NCBI GenBank assembly: GCA_964648865.1
Contig: CAZYLV010000001.1
Location: forward strand, 18,476-82,475
DNA length: 64,000 nucleotides
Origin: an uncultured Gammaproteobacteria bacterium
Lineage (GTDB): Bacteria > Patescibacteriota > Patescibacteriia > 2-12-FULL-57-11
Reading direction: 5' to 3'
Shown: positions 31,244 through 41,238 of the stretch, piece after piece
Layout: each line of letters starts with the position of its first letter
Numbering within the stretch: the first letter of the stretch is position 1
Notes under the pieces: model-generated
Databases searched by the model: none
Told to the model about the DNA's origin: nothing
The model's input: the letters and a program-made list of their open reading frames with translations, nothing else
Position numbers and translations under genes: made by a program

Positions 31244-32749
31244 TCATTTGAACTCCAGGTCGATGTGGTCGGCGAGGTTCGGCAACCGCTTGAGCCAGGC
31301 CGGCGTGACATCGATTTCGGCGTCGGAGACGCCGTCTGCGGACTCGAGCTGCGCTTCGGCCTCCTCGAGCGACAGGCCCGTGAGCCGCTCGCGGTCGAAG
31401 GCCTCGCTGGATTCCTTGAGGGCCGACTCGCCATGGGCCGTGACCGAGAGCGTGGCGCTCTTGGACGCCAGGTCGCTGCCGGCGAGCGTCACCTCCAGGC
31501 GCTCGGCATCGAGCCGGACGATCTCCTTGTCCTCGGGCGCGGCGGCACGCAGCTGCGCCTCGGCGACGCGCGCCAGGGCGTCCTTCTCGTAGAAGACGGC
31601 CTCGACATGCACGGCCACGGTGACGTCAAAGACATCCTGCTGCTCGCCGACCGCGGCCGTGGTCTCGCGGCGGACGATCGATTCCTTGAAGAACACGCCG
31701 CTGCCGACCTCCGGCCGGGAGAGCAGCGCCTTGAGCTTGTCGGCGGCCTCCGCCGCGACTTCCTTGGCTGCCGCGGCGTACGCGGCGTCGAGCTCCTCCT
31801 GGGTGACGATCGAGACCTCGCGGGCGCCGCCGGTCATGCTGGCGGTCGACACGGCGTACGTCAGCTCCTGCAGCGACGCCGGCAGGCCGGGGATGGTGAA
31901 GCGCGTCGGGTCGATGTCGCCGCCGGCGCCGGGCTGGTCGGCGCAGGCCCGCGTCTCGAGCCGGCCGTCGGCGGGCACGGAGACGGTGCTCTCGAGGCGG
32001 AAGAGCACGCCATCCGGGGAGAGCAGCCGCGTGGTGGCCACGAGCGCCTGGGTGCGGGATTGGGTATTGATGATGGTCACCGCGCCGCAGGCCTTGCCTT
32101 CCACCAGCCGTTTCTCGCCGGATGCCTGCACGGTGCGGGTGCCTTCGACGACCGTCTCGAGCACCGCGCCAGGCACGGCCTCGGCGTCGGCCGGCTCCGG
32201 GGAGACGGTCACGGTGAAGGCCGTGGACACAGGCAGCGGCGCGCGGGTCACGACGACCGTGGCGCGGGTGAAGGACAGGTAGAGGACGAAACCGAGCAGG
32301 AGGATGGCCAGGCCGATGAACGTCGTGGCCAACTTGCGGTACAGGGAAAGATGCACGGCCGGGCGCGGCGTGCGGCGCGGTTGGGAAAAGCGCGAGGGTC
32401 CGCCCTGCGACGGCGCCGCGGCGGGAGACGCCGCGCTCGGGCGGGGCTCGGCGTGGTCGATGGACATGTCGTGCGCCTCGGCCGCGGGCCGGATGGCCAA
32501 CGTCGCCGGACGCGCGGCGTCGACGTCGAGCGGCACGCGCTGTTCCTCCGGCACCACCGCCGGCGGCGGCACGAAACCGGCCGGAGGCACGGAGACCTCA
32601 TGCGGCGTCTCGGCGGAAAGCAGCGCCTCAAGCTCCGGCGCCAACGGCTTGGCCTCGGGCGACGGCGCGGGCGGCGGAGGCGGCGCGGCAGCCTTAGGCT
32701 TGCGCGCCGTGGCCTTTTTCTTTCCGCTCGGCTTCTTCTTCGTGGGCAT
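31244..32749 (-). CDS. Membrane-anchored baseplate-J-like domain protein (CPR-type)
   Basis: Lys/Pro-rich N-terminus, TM, KA.G.VTIIN..QALVATTRL..PDGVLFR, ADQPGAGGDI.P.RFTIPGL, MTGG. Confidence 0.75.
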   Translation of the reverse strand: MPTKKKPSGKKKATARKPKAAAPPPPPAPSPEAKPLAPELEALLSAETPHEVSVPPAGFVPPPAVVPEEQRVPLDVDAARPATLAIRPAAEAHDMSIDHAEPRPSAASPAAAPSQGGPSRFSQPRRTPRPAVHLSLYRKLATTFIGLAILLLGFVLYLSFTRATVVVTRAPLPVSTAFTVTVSPEPADAEAVPGAVLETVVEGTRTVQASGEKRLVEGKACGAVTIINTQSRTQALVATTRLLSPDGVLFRLESTVSVPADGRLETRACADQPGAGGDIDPTRFTIPGLPASLQELTYAVSTASMTGGAREVSIVTQEELDAAYAAAAKEVAAEAADKLKALLSRPEVGSGVFFKESIVRRETTAAVGEQQDVFDVTVAVHVEAVFYEKDALARVAEAQLRAAAPEDKEIVRLDAERLEVTLAGSDLASKSATLSVTAHGESALKESSEAFDRERLTGLSLEEAEAQLESADGVSDAEIDVTPAWLKRLPNLADHIDLEFK

Positions 32750-32795
32750 AGTCCTCCATCCCCTCAAATGTCCTCCCTACTATACCACATCGCGT

Positions 32796-35700
32796 TCAAG
32801 AACCCACGATACGCGCGCCGCCGATGCCGGGCAATGCGCAGATGCGGCCGGCGACGACGGGGCTCCAGCCGATGCGGAACTGCGTCTCGATCCGTTTGGG
32901 ACGCTCGCCGGCGCCGACCTCGAGGTAGACCTGCAGGCCGCCAGGCGATTCCTCGAAGACCTTCTTCAGCGCCTCGGCGAGCTCAGGCGTCGGCGCCTCA
33001 GGCAAGGCGATGGTCACGCTCGGTCCGGCGTCGGGCAACGGACGGGGTGCGGCATCGCGCTCGCGCGGAGCCTGCGGCGGCGGCGAAGCGCTCGGCCGCT
33101 CCCCGGGCAGGAAGGCGCCGGAGCGCAACGCGGCCACGGCCTGGCGGACCGTCTCGGGCCTGACCACGATGGCCCGGTTGGCCAGGAAGCGCAGCTCGTC
33201 ATCCTTGTCCGAGATCTTGCCGGAGACGACGAGCGACGCGTCCGGCGCCCAGAGGACGCTGTCGGCGGCGTAGACGCGCGGGAAGACGACGATCTCGACG
33301 GTGCCGGACTCGTCCTCGATGCGCACGAAGAGCATCGTCTCGCCGTTCTTCGTGGTGATGCGCTTGGGTTCCTGGAGCGTGCCGCCGATGACGGCGAAGC
33401 CGCCCTTCTTGATGCCGGACAGCTTGGCGATCGGCAGGAGGTCGCCGCCCGCGGCCGCGGCCGTCTCGCGGAAGGGGTGCTCCGAGACGTAGATGCCGAG
33501 CAGCTCCTTCTCCCAGGTGAGCACCTCCTTGCGCGAGGCCGGTGGCGCCTCCTTGAGCCGCACGCGCTCCTCACCCAACCCGGCGGCGCCGAAGAGCGAG
33601 GCCTGGTTGCTGGCGGCCCGCGCGGCGGCGTCCTTGTTGAAGCCGGTCAGCTCCTCGAGGTTGGCCAGGATGGCGGCCCGCTCGCCCAGGCCGTCGAGGG
33701 CGCCGGACTTGGCCAGCGCCTCGAGCGCCTTCTTGTTGAAGACCTTGGTCGGCAGGCGGCGCGCAAGGTCGGTAAGGTCGCGGAACGGCCCGCCCGCCTT
33801 GCGTTCGGCGATGAGCGCGGCCACGGTGTCCGAACCCAGGTTCTTGATGGCATTGAGGCCGAAGCGCACGTGCGTGTCGTCGATGTAGGTGAAGGTGGCC
33901 AGGGACGAGTTGACGTCCGGCGGCAGCACGGTGATCCCCATCTTGCCGCACTCGGCGATGGCCGCGGCGACCGTCGGGATGTCGCCGGACTCGTTGGTCA
34001 TCACCGCGGCCATGTACTCGGCCGGATAATTGGCCTTCATGTAGGCCGTCTGGTAGGCGATGATGGCGTAGGAGGCGGCGTGGGCCTTGTTGAAGCCGTA
34101 GGCGGCGAACGGCTCGATGAGCTTCCAGAGCTCGAGCGCCTTGTCCTCGGTCATGCCGCCCGTGACGCACCCGGCCAGGAACTTCTCCTTCTGCGCGGCC
34201 ATCTCCTTGGGGATCTTCTTGCCCATGGCCTTGCGCAGCTTGTCGGCCTCGGCCCAGTCGTATCCCGCGAGATGGATGGCGATGAGCAGCACGTCGTCCT
34301 GGTAGGTGATGATGCCGTAACTCATGGAGAGGATCTCCTTCATCCGCGGGTCGAGCACGCGCACCAGCCGCGGGTTGCGCTTGCGGCGGATGTACTCGGG
34401 GATGGATTCGATCGGGCCCGGGCGGTAGAGCGCCACCATGGCCATGATGTCGAAGATCGTGGCCGGCTGCAGCTCCACCACGTACTTGGTCATCCCTTCT
34501 CCCCCGAGCTGGAAGAGCCCGGTGGTCTGGCCCCGGGCGAGAAGCTCGTAGGTCTTCTTGTCGTCAAGCGGCAGGTCGAGCAGGTCGACCTCCGCGCCTT
34601 TGGTCTTCTTCACGATCTCCACGGCCGTGGCCAGGATGGAGAGGTTGCGGATGCCGAGGAAGTCCATCTTGAGGATGCCGGCCTGCTCGCAGGCGTGCAT
34701 CTCGTACTGGGTGATGACGCTCTCCCCGCCCGCTTCCTTCTGGAGCGGGATCCACTCCGTGAGCGGTCCGGGCGCGATGACCACGCCGGCGGCGTGCACG
34801 GAGACGTGGCGCGCGCAGCCTTCGATCTTCTGCGCCAGATCGATGACCCGCTTCACGTCCGGTTCGGTGTCGTAGGCCTGGCGGAGCTCCGGCGTCTCCT
34901 TGAGCGCCCGGGCGATGGTCATGTGGAAGCCCTGCGAACCCATGGGGATCATCTTGGCGATGCGGTCGGCGAAGCCGTACGGGTAGCCGAGCGCCCGGGC
35001 CACGTCGCGCACAGAGCCGCGCGCCGCCATGGTGCCGAAGGTGCAGATCTGGGCCACGCGGTCGGCGCCGTACTTGTCCTTGACGTACTGGAGCACCTGG
35101 TCGCGCTTGGCGTCCGCGAAGTCCATGTCGATATCGGGCGGCGACGGACGGAAGGGGTTCAGGAACCGCTCGAAGGGCAGCTTGTAGGCCAACGGGTCGA
35201 CCGTGGTGATGCCGATGGCGTAGGAGACCACGGAGCCCGCGGCCGAGCCGCGGGTGGTGGAGATGATACCCTGGCTGCGCGCCCACTTGGTGTAGTCGGC
35301 GACGACCAGGAAATAGGTGGCGTAGCCCTTGGTCTTGATGATGTCGAGCTCGTAGGCGAAACGCGTCTCGTACTCGGGGGTGAGCTGCCCCTTGGCGCGC
35401 AGTCCCTCGACGACCTGGGCGCGCAGGAAGTCGTCGGCCGTCATGCCGTCCGGGATCGGGAACTGGGGGAAGGTCCATTTGCCGAGCTCGAGGGCCACGG
35501 CGCAACGGTCGGCGATGCGCGCGGTGTTCTCGATGGCGTCGGGCCGGTGCGCGAAGGCCCGCGCCATGTCCTCCGCCGAGGCCAGCGAGTAGTCGGCGTC
35601 GCGCATCGAGAAGCGCGTCGGGTCGTCGAGCGTCTTGCCCGTGCCGATGGCGAGCAGCACGTCCTGTGCCTCGCGGTCCTCGGCGTGGATGTAGTGGCAG

Positions 35701-36317
35701 TCCTTGGTGGCGACGACCGGCACCGAGAGGCGGTCGGCCAATGCCAGCAGCTGGGTATTGCGGTCCACCTGCTCCGGGAGCTCCGGGTGGTCCTGGACTT
35801 CGATGAAGAAACCGTCCTTCCCGAAGATGTCCTGATAGGTGCGCACCAGTCCCTCGGCCTTGGGCTCATCCCCGGCCTCGAGCGCCCGGGCGATCTGCCC
35901 GTTGAGGCAGCCGGAGAGCGCGATGATGCCCTCGGCGTGCTTCCGCAGCAGCTCCAGGTCGACGCGCGGCTTGTAATAGAAGCCGTCGAGGTAGGCGGCC
36001 GAGGTCAGGGCGATGAGGTTCTTGTAGCCGACGAGGTTCTCGGCCAGCAGCGTGACGTGGTAGGCGCGGTCGTCGACGCGCGCCGCCTTGTCCTGCATGC
36101 CGCGAGGCGCCACGTAGGCCTCCATGCCGAGGATGGGCTTGATGCCTTGCTTCTGGCATTCCTCGTAGAACTCGATGATGCCGTACATCGCCCCGTGGTC
36201 GGTGAGGGCCAAAGCGTCCATGCCCAATTCCTTGGCCCGGGCCACGAGCTCGGAGATCTTCCCGAGGCCGTCCAGGAGCGAATAGTGGGAGTGGACGTGG
36301 AGGTGGACGAAGCGCAT
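32796..36317 (-). CDS. dnaE: DNA polymerase III alpha subunit
   Basis: HLHVHSHYSLLDG, RGSAAGS, PDIDMDF, KMDFLG, YGFNKAHA. Confidence 0.98.
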   Translation of the reverse strand: MRFVHLHVHSHYSLLDGLGKISELVARAKELGMDALALTDHGAMYGIIEFYEECQKQGIKPILGMEAYVAPRGMQDKAARVDDRAYHVTLLAENLVGYKNLIALTSAAYLDGFYYKPRVDLELLRKHAEGIIALSGCLNGQIARALEAGDEPKAEGLVRTYQDIFGKDGFFIEVQDHPELPEQVDRNTQLLALADRLSVPVVATKDCHYIHAEDREAQDVLLAIGTGKTLDDPTRFSMRDADYSLASAEDMARAFAHRPDAIENTARIADRCAVALELGKWTFPQFPIPDGMTADDFLRAQVVEGLRAKGQLTPEYETRFAYELDIIKTKGYATYFLVVADYTKWARSQGIISTTRGSAAGSVVSYAIGITTVDPLAYKLPFERFLNPFRPSPPDIDMDFADAKRDQVLQYVKDKYGADRVAQICTFGTMAARGSVRDVARALGYPYGFADRIAKMIPMGSQGFHMTIARALKETPELRQAYDTEPDVKRVIDLAQKIEGCARHVSVHAAGVVIAPGPLTEWIPLQKEAGGESVITQYEMHACEQAGILKMDFLGIRNLSILATAVEIVKKTKGAEVDLLDLPLDDKKTYELLARGQTTGLFQLGGEGMTKYVVELQPATIFDIMAMVALYRPGPIESIPEYIRRKRNPRLVRVLDPRMKEILSMSYGIITYQDDVLLIAIHLAGYDWAEADKLRKAMGKKIPKEMAAQKEKFLAGCVTGGMTEDKALELWKLIEPFAAYGFNKAHAASYAIIAYQTAYMKANYPAEYMAAVMTNESGDIPTVAAAIAECGKMGITVLPPDVNSSLATFTYIDDTHVRFGLNAIKNLGSDTVAALIAERKAGGPFRDLTDLARRLPTKVFNKKALEALAKSGALDGLGERAAILANLEELTGFNKDAAARAASNQASLFGAAGLGEERVRLKEAPPASRKEVLTWEKELLGIYVSEHPFRETAAAAGGDLLPIAKLSGIKKGGFAVIGGTLQEPKRITTKNGETMLFVRIEDESGTVEIVVFPRVYAADSVLWAPDASLVVSGKISDKDDELRFLANRAIVVRPETVRQAVAALRSGAFLPGERPSASPPPQAPRERDAAPRPLPDAGPSVTIALPEAPTPELAEALKKVFEESPGGLQVYLEVGAGERPKRIETQFRIGWSPVVAGRICALPGIGGARIVGS

Positions 36318-36405
36318 GGTGCCGGCATCTTACCGGCACGCTTCCGCCGACGGCAACCTTGACGGCGGACGCGTGCCGTGCCTACCGTGGCGGCGGAGGT
36401 ATGGC

Positions 36406-36990
36406 ATGGATTTTCTCCCGTGCGCGCTCTGCGACATCGACGCCGGTATGCCCGTCCCCGGCGGCATCCTGCTCGAGCGGGACACGTGGTGCGCGGTCCA
36501 TCTGCCGCCGCCGCGGAGCGCCCCGCGCTGTCTGGTCCTCTTCCCCCGCCGGCACGTCCTGCGGACGGAGGACCTCGACGAGGGCGAACGGCTCGGGCTG
36601 CTCGGCATCCAGGCGGACGTCCGCGCGCTCCTGGCCGCGGCGTTCGACGACGACACGCACTTCCGTCAGGAGGACCTGATGCTCGGGCATCTCTGCTGGC
36701 TGGCCTGGCGTGCCGGCGACGGGACGGACGTCCGCGGTCGGTTCAGGGCCTACGGCGAGGCCGAGGTGACCGCCTGGGCGGAGCCGCTGCGGGACGTCGC
36801 GGCCGTGGTCCGGCTCCTCGCCCACGGCGGACGCCTGCCCCCGCCGGCACCGCTGCCGGGGGACGCCCAACGCCTGCTGCTGACCCGCAGCCCCCTGGCG
36901 CGCTACTGCTCCCTGTGCGGGAACCGCCTGCACACCCAGGACCACCGCGATGCCCGCTGCCGCACCTGCGGCAAGAGCATCCCGCCGTAA
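36406..36990 (+). CDS. Orphan: degenerate HIT-like domain plus C-terminal Zn ribbon
   Basis: CALC, LVLFPRRHV..EDL, GHLCW (HxHxH lost), CSLC..CRTC; TTGACG-18-TACCGT and SD GGAGGT. Confidence 0.65.
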   Translation: MDFLPCALCDIDAGMPVPGGILLERDTWCAVHLPPPRSAPRCLVLFPRRHVLRTEDLDEGERLGLLGIQADVRALLAAAFDDDTHFRQEDLMLGHLCWLAWRAGDGTDVRGRFRAYGEAEVTAWAEPLRDVAAVVRLLAHGGRLPPPAPLPGDAQRLLLTRSPLARYCSLCGNRLHTQDHRDARCRTCGKSIPP

Positions 36991-36995
36991 CGAAC

Positions 36996-37023
36996 GGCGT
37001 CCCGCAACGCGGGACGCCTTTTT
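36996..37023 (+). terminator. Intrinsic terminator
   Basis: GGCGTCCCGC-AAC-GCGGGACGCC-TTTTT. Confidence 0.75.
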
Positions 37024-37037
37024 CCATGCGGTCGAAG

Positions 37038-37337
37038 TCAGCGACGGCGCTTCTCCTCGCGGCGTTCCTCCCGCCGCTCCATGATGTAGCCGACCGCCGT
37101 CTTGATGCCCTCCCCGATCATCGGGGCGATGTTGAACAGGGATTCCGCCTTCTCGCCGACGCCCTTGATGAACGCCTCGAGGCGGTCCAAGCGCTCCCGG
37201 GTCTCATGCACCATGATGCGGATGTCGCGGAGCATCATGATGATGTAGTACATCATCCACGCCAAGAACACCGACACCAACACCACCGCGAAGGCGATGG
37301 ACAGCCAGAGGATGTCTTGGGACGTCTCGATGATCAT
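37038..37337 (-). CDS. Small membrane protein (DUF948-like)
   Basis: N-terminal TM followed by coiled coil. Confidence 0.75.
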   Translation of the reverse strand: MIIETSQDILWLSIAFAVVLVSVFLAWMMYYIIMMLRDIRIMVHETRERLDRLEAFIKGVGEKAESLFNIAPMIGEGIKTAVGYIMERREERREEKRRR

Positions 37338-37373
37338 GTGCGGGACCGGGGTGCCTCTTCCGCGGGCACTATA

Positions 37374-39800
37374 TCACGCGCGCAACTCCGCGGCGAAGGC
37401 GCGGGTGTGGGTAAGCGCCGCGACCACGGCGGCGTGCGCCTCGTCGGCCTCCGCCGCGGTCAGCGTCCGGTCGGCGGCGCGATAGACGACGTGGTAGGCG
37501 ACGCTCTTCTTGCCGGCGGGCACGCCCTTGCCGCGGAAGACATCGAAGAGCGTGACTTCGGCCACCAGCGGATGCGCGCCGCGGATGGCGGCGGCGAGCG
37601 CCTCGTGCGTGGCCCGCGCCGCGACGAAGGCGGCCACGTCGCGCTTGACGCCCGGATAGAGCGGCGGCGGCGCGTAGGACGGCACGGCCGGTCGCGCCAG
37701 GAGCGCTGCGGGGTCGAGGGCGACGACGGCCACGCGGGCCTCGATCCCGAAACGCGAGAGGATGGCCGGATGGACCTCGGCGATGCTGCCCGCGGGTGTC
37801 TCGCCGAGCAGCACGTCGGCGCGCCGCCCGGGGTGGCTCACCTTCTCGGGCCAGGCGCTCGCCCGCCCTGCGACGACGACGTGATCCGCGGCGAACGTCC
37901 GACAGAGATGCTCGGCCGCGCCCTTGGCGCGCAGGAACTGCTCGCCGTCGGGCGAGGCGCCCCAGCAAGCCAGCAGCAAGCGGGGCTCTTCCTTGGGCAA
38001 GCCGTCTCCCTGCGGCAGATAGACGTTGGCCAGCTCGAAGAGCGCGGCCTCGGGCCAGGCCTCCTGGTTGTCGGCGACGACCTGGAGCATCGAGGGCAGC
38101 AGGTCGGTGCGCAGCTCGGCCAGATCGGCCGTGAGCGGGTTGGCGATCCGCGCGGCGGGCGCATCCATGCCGGCCTTGGCGCGCAGCGCGGCGGAGACCA
38201 TCGAATAGCTCATGGTCTCCGTCCAGCCGGCGCCGCGCAGCGACGCCTTGATGCGGTCCTCGAGCAGCAGCAAGGGGTCCTCGGGACGCAGCGGCGGCGC
38301 GCCGGGCGGCAGTACGGACGGCAGGTTGTGATAGCCCCAGACGCGGGCCACCTCCTCGACCAGGTCGCGCTCACCCTCGATGTCGCGGTCCCGCCACCAC
38401 GGCACGGTCACGGTGATGCTCGCGCCGCGGCCTTTGACGGTGCAGCCGAGCGCGGCGAGGATGGAGATCTGCTTGGCGGCCGGCACCGGCGCGCCGATGA
38501 GCGCCGCGGCCTTGGCGGGACGGTAGGCGAAACTCGGCGCTTTGTAGGGCCTCTCGCGCACGTCCTTGGGCTTGCCGGCGACGCGGCCGCCGGCAAGCTC
38601 CACGATGAGCCGTGCCGCGCGCGCCAGGGCCGGTGCGGTCCCCTCGGGGGACAGGCCTTTCTCGAAACGCAGCGAGGAGTCGGAATGCAGGTTGAGCGCC
38701 CGGGCCGTGCGGCGCACCGAGACCGGATCGAAGGTCGCCGCCTCGAGCACCACGGCCGTGGTCTTGGCGCCGACCCCGGTTGCCTCCCCGCCCATGATGC
38801 CGGCCACGGCCACCGGTCGCGCGCGGTCGGCGATGACCAGCTCCCCGCCGGCGAAGGCGTAGCTGCCGCCGTCGAGCGCGGCGATGGTCTCCTTGGGCTT
38901 GGCGGCGCGCACCACGACGGCGCGGTCCTCGAGCGCGTGGTAATCGAAGGCGTGCAGCGGCTGGCCGAGCTCGAGCATGACGTAATTCGTGGCGTCGACG
39001 ACGTTGGAGATGGAACGGATGCCGGCTTGGGCCAGGCGGCGACGCAGCCACCACGGCGAGGGACCGACAATGACGCCGTCGATGACGAGCGCCTGGTAGC
39101 GCGGGCAGAGCCCTTTGGCCTCGACCTCCACGCTGAGCGGCAGCGCGTCCTTGGCGGGCGTCGGCGGCAGGGCCGTGGCCTCGGCCAGGCGGCGCTGCTG
39201 GAACTTGGCGCCGACCACGGCAGCGGCCTCGCGGGCCATCCCGACCACGGACAGGGCGTCCGGCCGGTTGGTGGTCACTTCGATGTCGAAGATGACGTCG
39301 TCGTAACCGAGCGCCTCGGCGAGCGGCGTGCCGGCCGCGGCCTTCTCGAGGAAGGACAGGTCGAGGATCTCCCGCTCCCCCGCCGCGGGAAAGACGTCCG
39401 CCAGGCCGATCTCGTCCGCCGCGGCGATCATCCCGAAGCTCTTGACCCCGCGGATTTCCGCCTCGCCGAGCGCGATGGGATCGCCCTGGCCGTGCCAGCG
39501 CACGCGGCTGCCCACCTTGGCCACGGCGACCTTCTGGCCGACGGCGAGGTTGGACCCGCCGCAGACGATCTCGAGCAACTCCTTGCCGACATCGACGATG
39601 GTCACCTGGAGCCGGTTGGCGTTGGGGTGCGGCCTGAGCTCAGCGATGCGGCCGACGACGACATGCTCGAGCTGCGCCGCCAGGCGGCGGATACGCTCCA
39701 CGGCCGGACCGGAGAGCGAGAGCTTGCGCGCGAAGTCCTCCGGCGCGAGGTCGGTCTTGGCGTACTCCTTGAGCCAGTTGTAGGAGAGGAGGAAGTTCAT
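37374..39800 (-). CDS. pheT: Phenylalanyl-tRNA synthetase beta subunit
   Basis: SYNWLKEY, HPNANRL, TNRPDALS, VDATNYVMLELGQPLHAFD, DLVEEVAR, DRTLT. Confidence 0.97.
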   Translation of the reverse strand: MNFLLSYNWLKEYAKTDLAPEDFARKLSLSGPAVERIRRLAAQLEHVVVGRIAELRPHPNANRLQVTIVDVGKELLEIVCGGSNLAVGQKVAVAKVGSRVRWHGQGDPIALGEAEIRGVKSFGMIAAADEIGLADVFPAAGEREILDLSFLEKAAAGTPLAEALGYDDVIFDIEVTTNRPDALSVVGMAREAAAVVGAKFQQRRLAEATALPPTPAKDALPLSVEVEAKGLCPRYQALVIDGVIVGPSPWWLRRRLAQAGIRSISNVVDATNYVMLELGQPLHAFDYHALEDRAVVVRAAKPKETIAALDGGSYAFAGGELVIADRARPVAVAGIMGGEATGVGAKTTAVVLEAATFDPVSVRRTARALNLHSDSSLRFEKGLSPEGTAPALARAARLIVELAGGRVAGKPKDVRERPYKAPSFAYRPAKAAALIGAPVPAAKQISILAALGCTVKGRGASITVTVPWWRDRDIEGERDLVEEVARVWGYHNLPSVLPPGAPPLRPEDPLLLLEDRIKASLRGAGWTETMSYSMVSAALRAKAGMDAPAARIANPLTADLAELRTDLLPSMLQVVADNQEAWPEAALFELANVYLPQGDGLPKEEPRLLLACWGASPDGEQFLRAKGAAEHLCRTFAADHVVVAGRASAWPEKVSHPGRRADVLLGETPAGSIAEVHPAILSRFGIEARVAVVALDPAALLARPAVPSYAPPPLYPGVKRDVAAFVAARATHEALAAAIRGAHPLVAEVTLFDVFRGKGVPAGKKSVAYHVVYRAADRTLTAAEADEAHAAVVAALTHTRAFAAELRA

Positions 39801-40129
39801 GCCTTGAGGTTCACGAGGACCACGGCGACGAGCGCCAGACCCACCCCGATCCAGTTGACCGGCGAGAGCCGCTCATGCAGCACCAGCACGCCCAGGAGCG
39901 GGGTGATGATGAGCGCGAAGAGGCCGAGGAAGATGGTGGTCCGGGAGAGGTCGTAGCGGGAGAGCGCGTACCAGTGCACCATCATGCCGATGACGCCGAT
40001 GGCCGAGACCGCGAGGAAGCGCGGATTGGCGAGCGCCGCCGGGAAGGCGATGTCGCGGAAGACGATCTTCTTGAGCAGGTCGGAGAGGCTGTAGAAGGCC
40101 TGCGCGACCAGGATGAGCAGCGGATACAT
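39797..40129 (-). CDS. EamA/SMR-like small membrane transporter between pheS and pheT
   Basis: Four TMs; LGVLVLHERLSPVNWIGVGL. Confidence 0.8.
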   Translation of the reverse strand: MYPLLILVAQAFYSLSDLLKKIVFRDIAFPAALANPRFLAVSAIGVIGMMVHWYALSRYDLSRTTIFLGLFALIITPLLGVLVLHERLSPVNWIGVGLALVAVVLVNLKA

Positions 40130-40130
40130 A

Positions 40131-41198
40131 TCAGAACTGCCGCAAGAAACCGAGCTCGTTCCTGTAGAGCACGCGGATGTCGTCGATGCGGACACCGGCC
40201 TTCATCATGAAGGTGCGCTCCAGGCCCCAGCCGAAGGCGAAGCCGCCCCACTCCTCGGGATCGACGCCCGTGGCCTTGAGCACGTTGGGGTGCACCATGC
40301 CGGCGCCGCCGAGTTCGACCCACCCCTGCTTGCACAGCCGGCAGACGGATCCGTCCGCGAGCAGCCCCGTACCGCCGCAGATGCCGCAGGAGATGTCGAC
40401 TTCGAAGGAGGGCTCGGTGAAGCGGAAGTGGAAGGGGCGCAGGCGCGTCCGCCGCTCCGGGCCGAAATACGCCTTGGCGAAGTGGTCGAGCACGCCTTTG
40501 AGGTGGGTGATGCTGATGCCCTTGTCGATGACCAACCCTTCGAACTGATAGAACATCGGCACGTGCGAGACGTCGGACTGCCGGCGGTAGCACTTGGAGA
40601 TGTTGATCATGCGGATCGGCAGCTCCTTGCGCTCGAGCTCATGGATCTGGCCGTTCGACGTATGCGGAGTGAGGACGACCTTGCCCTTGTCCCCCGCCGG
40701 AAGATCCACGAAGAAGGTCTCCCACTCGTCGCGGGCCGGATGATCCGGCGGCATGTTGAGCGCCTCGAAGGCGTACCAGTCCCAGTCGACCTCGGGGTAA
40801 CGCACGCGCGTGAAGCCGAGCCGCCGGAAGATGCCGACGATCTCCTGGATGGCCTGCGTGCTGAGGTGGAGATGCCCCTCGGGCACCGGCGTCCCCGGCG
40901 CGGTGACGTCGATCCACTCGGTGTCCGCCAACGCCGCGGCCGCGGCCAGCGTGAAGCCCGCCTCCTTGCGGGCGATCTCCTTTTCGACGTCGGCCTTGAT
41001 GCGGTTGGCCATCTCGCCGGCGGCCTTGCGCTCCTTCTCCGGCAGGGCGGCGATCTCCTTGAGGCGTGTCGTCAGCTCGCCCTTGCGACCGAGGTAGTGC
41101 ACCTGGACGCGATCAAGCTCGGCCGCGTCGGAGGCGGCGAGCACGTCTTTGACGGCGGCGGTGCGGAGTTTCTCGAGCGCCTCGCGCAGCGTGGGCAT
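40131..41198 (-). CDS. pheS: Phenylalanyl-tRNA synthetase alpha subunit
   Basis: LNMPPDHPARD, PHTS, FRFTEPS, CGIC..CRLC, GFAFGWGLER. Confidence 0.97.
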   Translation of the reverse strand: MPTLREALEKLRTAAVKDVLAASDAAELDRVQVHYLGRKGELTTRLKEIAALPEKERKAAGEMANRIKADVEKEIARKEAGFTLAAAAALADTEWIDVTAPGTPVPEGHLHLSTQAIQEIVGIFRRLGFTRVRYPEVDWDWYAFEALNMPPDHPARDEWETFFVDLPAGDKGKVVLTPHTSNGQIHELERKELPIRMINISKCYRRQSDVSHVPMFYQFEGLVIDKGISITHLKGVLDHFAKAYFGPERRTRLRPFHFRFTEPSFEVDISCGICGGTGLLADGSVCRLCKQGWVELGGAGMVHPNVLKATGVDPEEWGGFAFGWGLERTFMMKAGVRIDDIRVLYRNELGFLRQF

Positions 41199-41238
41199 AA
41201 CGCAGATACTCTACGGAAAACCGGGGTCGGAAGCAACG

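Noticed and set aside
31244-32749. Prophage or tailocin remnant
   Set aside because: No other phage genes; flanked by core genes in the same orientation.
32796-36317. Intein or intron in dnaE (also checked gyrB, recG)
   Set aside because: Lengths are typical and no intein-like insertion was seen.
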